Positions 1 to 6,227 of a DNA stretch of 27,387 nt are shown one piece after another (positions within the stretch are counted from its first letter, which is position 1; each line of letters opens with the position of its first letter). Under the pieces are notes generated by a model, which was not told the origin of the DNA, made no database searches, and was given only the letters and a program-made list of their open reading frames with translations. Location: IMG/VR virus record IMGVR_UViG_3300046787_000971, positions 1 through 27,387 of that record; one strand, given 5' to 3'. The translations under genes and the position numbers were made by a program. This DNA is from a virus. Lineage: Duplodnaviria > Caudoviricetes.

Positions 1-465
1 TCATGCCGCACCTCCGTCCAGAGACAGTAGGTTGTGCTGCTTGATCAAGCCAATGACCTTGTCCGCATAAGCCGGGTCGGTGGCATAGCCTGCCTGCGCC
101 AGCGTCTTGGCAAACGCCTGGGCAGTGGTGCAAGCAAAGCAGGCCTTGTAGCGGGGGTTGCGCTTGAGGAACGTGGCGTGATCGTCGATGCTGGCCTGCC
201 AACTCGGATACTTGCGCCAAAGGGCTGGCACCACCACCCACTGCCCCTTGATGAACTCCTTGGTGTTCAGGGTCAGGGTCTGACCGCGCCAGAGGCTATC
301 AGCTTTGATGCCGAAGAGGTTGTTGCCGTTCCTCGCAAGGCCAGATTCTCCCCAGGCAGATTCAAGCGCGGCCTGCGCGATCGTGATGCTGGCAGGAACA
401 CCCGTGGCTTTGAATGACGCGACTGCGGCCGTGGTGAGCCGCATGATGAATTCACTGGGATTCAC
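1..465 (-). CDS. Endolysin, glucosaminidase/FlgJ-like muramidase (GH73)
   Basis: Motifs IAQAALESAWG, NNLFGIKA, and GYATDPAYADK are typical of GH73. GTG start overlaps the holin stop (GTGA). Ends GGAGGT-N5-ATGA, implying a coupled next gene outside the window. Confidence 0.9.
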   Translation of the reverse strand: MNPSEFIMRLTTAAVASFKATGVPASITIAQAALESAWGESGLARNGNNLFGIKADSLWRGQTLTLNTKEFIKGQWVVVPALWRKYPSWQASIDDHATFLKRNPRYKACFACTTAQAFAKTLAQAGYATDPAYADKVIGLIKQHNLLSLDGGAA

Positions 466-845
466 AGCATCCCCTTCACTTCCTTGGCCACCTCGTCGAT
501 CGAGTCATCCCGACGCTTGTCGATGAACGCAAAGGTCCAACGCACCATTGCCCACCCTGGCAGGCCACACGCAAAGATCAACCCACCCAAGGCACACAGC
601 CCCATGGTTGAGAACGCCCAGTGGTGCAGTCCAAAGTGCTCGACGGTCATGGCGCCACCGCCGATGCTGGACACCACGGTGCTGATCAGCCCAACGGCCC
701 ACTCCCGTTTGTTGCGAGGTGGCGTCATCAACATGACCACCACTGCAGCCAGGGTGGCTCCACTGGCTGCCGCTGCGGCGGTTCCACCAAATGCTTTGTA
801 GGCCACCGCTGCTCCGGCGACCCCGCTGCTTGTAGGTTCTGGCAT
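462..845 (-). CDS. Putative phage holin
   Basis: About 127 aa with several hydrophobic segments and a charged C-terminus (DKRRDDSIDEVAKEVK), directly upstream of the endolysin. ATG at 845 has GGAG upstream, so it is preferred over 857. Confidence 0.75.
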   Translation of the reverse strand: MPEPTSSGVAGAAVAYKAFGGTAAAAASGATLAAVVVMLMTPPRNKREWAVGLISTVVSSIGGGAMTVEHFGLHHWAFSTMGLCALGGLIFACGLPGWAMVRWTFAFIDKRRDDSIDEVAKEVKGML

Positions 846-855
846 TCGTTTCTCC

Positions 856-888
856 AAAAGAAAAGCCGCCAGGGCGAACCATGGCGGC
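856..888 (-). terminator. Rho-independent terminator after the radical SAM gene
   Basis: Minus strand reads GCCGCCATGG-TTCG-CCCTGGCGGC-TTTTCTTTT: GC-rich stem, UUCG loop, U tract. Confidence 0.8.
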
Positions 889-911
889 GGTTTAAAAACG
901 GTACGGTCAGT

Positions 912-2273
912 TCAGGCTGCGACGACCGGGATCGGAAAGACCCTGGGCGGTCTATCTCGCGATGGTTTCACCTGCTCAGAAAATCCAAAGATGTCCTTGC
1001 GGTCATCTCGCAGCTCGCCTTCGATGTGAAATGGCACCAGCCCAGTGAGAAACTCGATACCGGCGGCAAAGATGGGCACTGCATCAGAGAAGGCGTTATC
1101 GCAGGACCGATCCCACAGGGGACCTTCCAAGAACATGCAGGAGCCTTGACAAATCTGCAGCATCGGGCAGCTCGGGCAGTTCTCTCTCTTACTCCAGTGC
1201 GTAGCGGTATTGAGCTTGACGGCAGCCAAGTCCGACACATGGCCGATGTGGTGGGGCTGGCCATTGGGCGCGGTGCTGGCCGCGCTCACGTTCTGGCAGG
1301 TCAGCACGTTGCCGCGCAGATCGACGGCGATGCTCTCCGTCTTGTCCATGCCGCACTTTTGGCCCAGGCTGGATGCCGGACGGCGGCTACGGATGGAGTT
1401 GACGAAGCTGGCCGTCTTGCTACTCACCGCCTGGACGTTTGCCGCTTGGCCGGTACGGATTTCGTGGAAGGCCAAATTTCGGTAGGCGTGCAGTTCACCT
1501 GGCCGCAGCGAATGGGCAATGCCTCCCTCGTCATAGGCGTCGACGAAGCTGCCCTCTCCGATGGGCACCGCTGGATCGCCGGTCAGCTCGATGAAAAAGC
1601 GCTGGATGGCCGCGCGCGATGCGTTCTCGCGGTTGACCATCGCGTTGAAGCTGATGCGCCGCTGTGGGGCAAGGCGAGCGTACAGCGCCATGATGGCGGC
1701 GCGCTGCTCGGGGTCCTGCAGCGGGTCGGGGCCACGCACAGGCTGGCCAGGACCATCGTGCGATATACCGACACTGAACCCCATGCGATCGAGCCAGTCG
1801 TTGATGTCATCGTTGAGCAGTGAGCCATTGGTGATGACGGACAGTTCAGCGTTGGGGAATTTGGACCTGATGGCCTCGGCCAGGGGGCGCATGGTCTTGA
1901 TGTAGACCAGGGGCTCGCCACCCCAGAACTCGACCTTCTCGGGCGGACTCGTCACCCAGCTATCGAGGCCGTCGACGAAGGCCTGCACATCGCCGGGATT
2001 GGTCTCGTCAGCACGCGGTACAAAACGCTGCGAGCAGTATTCACACGCGTAGTTGCACGACAAGCCCAGGCTAATCTTGAGCATGCTCGGACTGGACTTG
2101 GCCAGCGGTGTCTGCTTGGAGACTGCGGGAGCATTTGCGCGTGCTGCGACTTCGACTGCCTGCACCAGTGACTCACCTGATTCGCTGGTCAGCTCGCTGG
2201 TAGCGTTGTCGTAGTGCAAGCGGGTGCGATGGCCATTGGCGGGGTTAAAGGCAGTGAGAATGAATTTGGCCAT
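912..2273 (-). CDS. Radical SAM/SPASM-domain protein (anSME/peptide-maturase-like)
   Basis: CNYACEYC (CxxxCxxC), FWGGEPL, ITNGSLL and ISHDG motifs. C-terminal 7-Cys SPASM pattern: QKC...GNVLTC...CPSCPMLQICQGSC...SC. Confidence 0.92.
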   Translation of the reverse strand: MAKFILTAFNPANGHRTRLHYDNATSELTSESGESLVQAVEVAARANAPAVSKQTPLAKSSPSMLKISLGLSCNYACEYCSQRFVPRADETNPGDVQAFVDGLDSWVTSPPEKVEFWGGEPLVYIKTMRPLAEAIRSKFPNAELSVITNGSLLNDDINDWLDRMGFSVGISHDGPGQPVRGPDPLQDPEQRAAIMALYARLAPQRRISFNAMVNRENASRAAIQRFFIELTGDPAVPIGEGSFVDAYDEGGIAHSLRPGELHAYRNLAFHEIRTGQAANVQAVSSKTASFVNSIRSRRPASSLGQKCGMDKTESIAVDLRGNVLTCQNVSAASTAPNGQPHHIGHVSDLAAVKLNTATHWSKRENCPSCPMLQICQGSCMFLEGPLWDRSCDNAFSDAVPIFAAGIEFLTGLVPFHIEGELRDDRKDIFGFSEQVKPSRDRPPRVFPIPVVAA

Positions 2274-2971
2274 CAGACAGCTCCGTCGCGTGTAGCGAAG
2301 TAATCGGCCTGCGCTTGGCGCAGCGAAGTTTTGAAGGACATGACGCTCGCGACGGTTTGTTCGTCGGTCTTGCCAGCATTGGCGCTGGCATCGTCGATGA
2401 TGTGCTGGACCTGCTCGACCAGCCCGATGGCCTCATGGCCAGGCACCAGCCCAGCCAGCTGAATGACCAGTGCGCTGAGCAGGTCTACCTGCTTCTCCAG
2501 GGAGGCCAGACTGTCAAGCGGGTTTATCTTGCGCAGGAGTTCGATCTTGGCCAGGTTGCGCGTCCCCAGCTTGTCGCTCCCCGGGAAGATGCCTGGCAGA
2601 ACATCTCTTGGCTTGCCCGGTTGCACGACGTCAAATGGGCACTGGGCCATCAGGGCTTTTGTGATGCACAGGCAGGCCTCTTTGGCGCTGTCACCGAAAT
2701 AGAACCAGCCCAGGCCATCTGTCAGGCCGTGCTGAGCCAGAATCGTGAGGCCATCGCGGCTGTCGACGTATTCACGCTGCGACACGATCCCGATGACCTC
2801 GTTTTCATACTGCTTCCCATACATCAGGAACTGCAGTTCGCCCTGCTTGAACAAGTGCTCCCCGATGTCGATGGATGCGGCAGCAAATGAAACGGTGTAG
2901 CCGTCTGCGGTCTTCTCGACCCGCACGGCTTTGCTTTCGTCAACGCTGGTGCCGAAGGTAATGAGCTTCAT
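2273..2971 (-). CDS. Hypothetical protein, possibly a tail fibre assembly or modification accessory factor
   Basis: 232-aa ORF coupled on both sides (ATGA overlap with the oxygenase, TGATG overlap with the rSAM). Beta-rich N-terminus and helical C-terminus; no recognised family. Confidence 0.65.
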   Translation of the reverse strand: MKLITFGTSVDESKAVRVEKTADGYTVSFAAASIDIGEHLFKQGELQFLMYGKQYENEVIGIVSQREYVDSRDGLTILAQHGLTDGLGWFYFGDSAKEACLCITKALMAQCPFDVVQPGKPRDVLPGIFPGSDKLGTRNLAKIELLRKINPLDSLASLEKQVDLLSALVIQLAGLVPGHEAIGLVEQVQHIIDDASANAGKTDEQTVASVMSFKTSLRQAQADYFATRDGAV

Positions 2972-3546
2972 GCGGCCTCCGCGAGCATTTCAAAGTGAAG
3001 TTCCACACCTGGGCGCTCGCCGTTGTACGGGAAGACAAAATGCGGCATGTGCGATGGGAAAACAAACGCATCGCCAGGCGCAGGCATTTCCATGTGGTTG
3101 ATGTTGCCAAACACGCCACTTGCACGGCCGCCAAACAGCAGGTGTGGGTTGTGCAGGCAGAACATCCCCGAGTAGTCGCGCTTGGTGGGGTCAGGCTTGG
3201 CCGGGAAATCGAGCCAGAGCACACAGGAGATATCGGCATGTGGCTCGGTGTGAAACGGCAGGTGCTGGCCGTAGCGGAAGATGGATTCGCGTCCGACCAT
3301 GCTGCTGACGTTGCACTTGAACTCGTCCTCGATGTGCCGTCGCAGACGACGGAAGATCGGTTTGAAGTACTCCGGATACATGAAGTCCAGGCTGTCGCGG
3401 TAGGTGCGCGAATATGGAACCTGGTGGTCATTCAGGCGTTCATTGGCTTTGAGGGCCAGTTCTGATGCCTGAGCGACCTCCGAGGCACTCAGCAGCTTCT
3501 GAATGCGCAGCACCGGGGCCGGGAAGATCTTGTTCACTGTGCTCAT
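2968..3546 (-). CDS. Putative 2OG-Fe(II) oxygenase (2OG-FeII_Oxy_5/TIGR02466-like DSBH fold)
   Basis: HTEPHADISCVLWL and PAPGDAFVFPSHMPHFVFP match the HxD/E...P..G....FPS...H.V pattern. Start set at ATG 3546 (GGGAG RBS), 13 nt after the fibre stop. Confidence 0.75.
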   Translation of the reverse strand: MSTVNKIFPAPVLRIQKLLSASEVAQASELALKANERLNDHQVPYSRTYRDSLDFMYPEYFKPIFRRLRRHIEDEFKCNVSSMVGRESIFRYGQHLPFHTEPHADISCVLWLDFPAKPDPTKRDYSGMFCLHNPHLLFGGRASGVFGNINHMEMPAPGDAFVFPSHMPHFVFPYNGERPGVELHFEMLAEAA

Positions 3547-3559
3547 GTGGCTCCCTGGT

Positions 3560-4483
3560 TTAGCAGTAGCAATCGCAGTTGCAATTGCAGTTGCAATTGA
3601 AGTTGTATTGGGTTCTCCGGACAGCAATCTGGCTGCCGTTGTCCACCAGTTCATCGCGGACAAAAGATGCACTGCCGCAGTTGGAAACTACAGATGTCGC
3701 GTTGTTGCTCACTGGACTGCAGTTTCCCGTGTTGCCCGGACAGTTGCCGATGAAACAGTTGGCGATGGTGCTGAAGAAGTAGTCGTGCAGCCAGCCGTAA
3801 TTGGCGGTCCACATCTGGCCACTGTTGTTCATGTACATGTCCCAGTTGCCATCGGATTTCAGAAATCCCATGAGGCCCTGGTTGTGGTGCAAGAAACGCG
3901 TGCCCCAGTCCTGGTCCACCATGTCCAGGTAGTTGGCCGTACTGGAGATCTGTAGGCGCGGCACCGTGAGCGTGCCAGACATGGTGTCGCCCGTCTTGGC
4001 CACCCGGCTGGACAGATCGATCGGCACAGTGGAGTTGCCATTCGCATCTGGCCCATTGCCATTGACCGATCGCACAAAGGCCGTGGAGTCCAGGCCATCA
4101 AGCTTGTCGGCATCCGCCGCCTTGGCAGTGATGCCCAGGTAAGTGGCGTTGTGGTTGTGGCCCAGCGCGGCATAGGCCGCATCATGGTTGTGCCCGGCCA
4201 GCGCAAAGCCGGTCGAGTCAATTCCGTCGAGCAGGTCCGCATTGGCCACCTTGCCCACGGCGGCCGAAAGGTCGATGACCATCTTCCACGTGGCAGGACT
4301 GACCACGGTGAGGACATAGAGCTTTTGCTCATCGGTCCTGAAGCACGGCATGCCCTGCTGCAGGTTCACGGTCGGGAATGACGTCCCACTGGAGAGAGAC
4401 AACGCCGTCTTGTCGTTGTTCAGGATCTGGGACAAGGAGTCCGAGAGCGTCGTGGAGGATGGGATTTCGGTGTAGTTCTGCAT
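3560..4483 (-). CDS. Tail fibre protein with Asn-Cys-rich C-terminus
   Basis: N-terminal attachment-type segment (SSGTSFP...GMPCFRTD..KLYV...W), duplicated AD.LDG.DST.F, two GHNH motifs, KTGDTMSGTL fibre motif and YGWLHDYF. C-terminus ends NCNCNCNCDCYC. Lies downstream of J. Confidence 0.8.
   Translation of the reverse strand: MQNYTEIPSSTTLSDSLSQILNNDKTALSLSSGTSFPTVNLQQGMPCFRTDEQKLYVLTVVSPATWKMVIDLSAAVGKVANADLLDGIDSTGFALAGHNHDAAYAALGHNHNATYLGITAKAADADKLDGLDSTAFVRSVNGNGPDANGNSTVPIDLSSRVAKTGDTMSGTLTVPRLQISSTANYLDMVDQDWGTRFLHHNQGLMGFLKSDGNWDMYMNNSGQMWTANYGWLHDYFFSTIANCFIGNCPGNTGNCSPVSNNATSVVSNCGSASFVRDELVDNGSQIAVRRTQYNFNCNCNCNCDCYC
3563..3598 (-). repeat. (Asn-Cys)n / CxC repeat; DNA (GCAGTTGCAATT)x2 on + strand
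   Basis: Encodes NCNCNCNCDCYC directly before the stop codon. Confidence 0.95.
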
Positions 4484-4492
4484 TTGGTTTCT

Positions 4493-5683
4493 TCAGTAAC
4501 CCTGTGCGACCCAGGAGATGGCCCCGGTCACGCGTGTGCCAGAGGTGTTTTCAAGAACAGCGGTGAAGCCCGTGATGGAGACCGAACCCAGGATTCGGGG
4601 GACGGCGATGGTCGTGCCACCTTTGAAAGTCAGCGTGACTTCAGGTGCCACGCGGAACTGCCTGGTGAACACCACGGTCACGCCATTGGCGGCTGTGACC
4701 ACCTGCGCCGTGCCCCGGTCAAACACATCAGGCACGTCCACCGTGACGCGCAGGCCATCGATGTAGCCCCTGTCCGCGTTGCTCGAAGTCAGGATCGCCC
4801 TGAAAAGTGCTCGCTGGTAGGTGTAGTCGCCTTGGATGAAATCCCGGAAGTTGGTGTACCCGGGCGGATGGCCCGACTCCAGGATGTCCATGAAGTCCTG
4901 CGCGGTGATCTCGGTGCTGGCCACGATCATGTCGCTGATCACCCCATTGGCCCGGCGCCGGTACTGCTCGGCCAGGCTCAGGGCTTCACTGAGCTTCAGG
5001 GTCTGGGCCCGGCGCAGCGCCTCGGCGATGGCAAAGCCTTCGCTTATGGCCAACCGATAAGCAACCGTTCGGCCCAGGCTTTCAGCAAACGAGAAGGCTT
5101 CGGCCACCCGTTTGACCTGCGAGCGGGCCAGCGCATCACTCATGCCAAAGCTTTCGCCTTGCGGCTTGGTCATGGCCTTGGCTGACTTTTCTGCAAAGCT
5201 CAGGTTTTCTGCGACGCGAAGGATGTAGGCAATGAGGTCCGTGTAGGTCTCGGCCAGCGCCAGCGTTTCGTACTTGCGCAGGGCCAGTTGCCGCGCCAGC
5301 CCTTCGGCCACCTGAAACACCTCAAACACTGCCTTGGTGCCGGAGCGGGCGTACTTCTCCGAGAAGGTCAGCGACTCCACGAAACGCAGCACGAAGGCGA
5401 TCAGGTCGGTGTAGGTCTCCACGAAGTTCAAGGTCTCGAACTTGCTGAGGGTCACCGCCCGACTGGGCTTTTCTGCAAAGGCCAGTGTCTCTGAACTTCG
5501 CTTGATGCCCAGTTTCTGAACCAGCTCGGCAAAACTCAGGTCCGTGGCCACGCTCAGGGCGTAGACGGCAGGGTAAGCCGTTGACCAGTTCTTGCCTGCC
5601 GTGGCACTCCCCCAGGTGAACGTGCCTGAGGACCAGCTGTAATTGGGCCCCGGGGAGCTGGAGACGTTGACGGTCTCGGCCAT
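4493..5683 (-). CDS. Putative tail protein with 18/18/20-aa repeats and a J-type C-terminal beta domain
   Basis: About 11 units of E-x-L/F-x-F/L-A-E. C-terminal domain GYTNFRDF..GDY...FRA.L.S...VDVPD...F...PEV...TGFT...WVAQGY. Located between J and the fibre. Confidence 0.7.
   Translation of the reverse strand: MAETVNVSSSPGPNYSWSSGTFTWGSATAGKNWSTAYPAVYALSVATDLSFAELVQKLGIKRSSETLAFAEKPSRAVTLSKFETLNFVETYTDLIAFVLRFVESLTFSEKYARSGTKAVFEVFQVAEGLARQLALRKYETLALAETYTDLIAYILRVAENLSFAEKSAKAMTKPQGESFGMSDALARSQVKRVAEAFSFAESLGRTVAYRLAISEGFAIAEALRRAQTLKLSEALSLAEQYRRRANGVISDMIVASTEITAQDFMDILESGHPPGYTNFRDFIQGDYTYQRALFRAILTSSNADRGYIDGLRVTVDVPDVFDRGTAQVVTAANGVTVVFTRQFRVAPEVTLTFKGGTTIAVPRILGSVSITGFTAVLENTSGTRVTGAISWVAQGY
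4950..5545 (-). repeat. Protein-level tandem repeat with a 56-aa super-period
   Basis: Unit lengths 18,18,20,18,18,20,18,18,20,18, then a partial unit. ETYTDLIA recurs exactly 56 aa apart. Confidence 0.85.
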
Positions 5684-5696
5684 CTCAGGCGCCCGA

Positions 5697-6143
5697 TCAG
5701 CTCATGGTGAAGGTAAAGACGGCCGTGAGGCTGTCGTCCACCCCCTTGTTCACCACCGGGAAGACCACCCGGTCGAACATGATGCCTGCCGTGGCAGCAT
5801 TGAAAACGCCCGCTTCCGTGAGTGCCCCGGTGGCGTCGCCCGCCGCGTAGCTGGCCGTGAAGGTGAACACCTTGGTGCCAGCAGTGTGGGCGTAAGTGGC
5901 CGCGTTGCGCTTGATTTCGGTGACCAGTGCGGTCTGCGTTGCGGCAGCAGCGGTGGTGCCAGTGCCCACTGCGATCCAGCCCATGACGCCAGGTCGGCTG
6001 CCCGAGTTGCCAATCGCGTCGGCCACGAAGTCAAAGCCGCCGTTGACGATGATGTTGTCCTTGTGGACCACTTCGACCTCGCCCGTGGGCTTGGCCAGCA
6101 CCAGCGTAATCGAGCCTTTGATGCTCATGCCCTCTTCCATCAT
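5697..6143 (-). CDS. Small tail structural protein (tail-collar/DUF3751-like beta protein)
   Basis: N.IVNGG, IAVGTGTTAAAATQTALVTEIKR and LTEAGVFNAATAGIMFDR motifs are typical of phage tail-collar/baseplate-like proteins. Follows J. Confidence 0.65.
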   Translation of the reverse strand: MMEEGMSIKGSITLVLAKPTGEVEVVHKDNIIVNGGFDFVADAIGNSGSRPGVMGWIAVGTGTTAAAATQTALVTEIKRNAATYAHTAGTKVFTFTASYAAGDATGALTEAGVFNAATAGIMFDRVVFPVVNKGVDDSLTAVFTFTMS

Positions 6144-6170
6144 GGGTCATTCCCTTTCTTTGGGGTTTGC

Positions 6171-6207
6171 AAATGAAATGGGCGCCACACCTTGCGATGC
6201 AGCGCCC
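6171..6207 (-). terminator. Stem-loop after J (possible weak terminator or mRNA stabiliser)
   Basis: Minus strand GGGCGCTGCATC-GCAA-GGTGTGGCGCCC then ATTTCATTT: 12-bp stem with G-U pairs, GNRA loop, imperfect U tract. Confidence 0.55.
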
Positions 6208-6227
6208 GTGTTTGGGGGATTCCCCGT

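Noticed and set aside
621-1823. 400-aa plus-strand ORF
   Set aside because: Antisense shadow of the rSAM and holin genes; no motifs, expected from high-GC codon bias.
912-2273. rSAM as a DNA-modification or cofactor enzyme (QueE, MoaA, NrdG) or viperin-like defence protein
   Set aside because: The full 7-Cys SPASM domain, 453-aa length and tail-operon context do not fit; no queuosine, molybdopterin or sulfatase genes are nearby.
3547-3672. N-terminal extension of the oxygenase ORF (TAIATAIATA repeat)
   Set aside because: It is the alternative-frame reading of the fibre's NC repeat; ATG 3546 has its own RBS just after the fibre stop.
3560-3800. Diversity-generating retroelement target or template (AAC/AAT-rich fibre end)
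   Set aside because: No reverse transcriptase and no second near-identical TR/VR copy in the window; the fold is not C-type-lectin-like. A remote DGR cannot be excluded.
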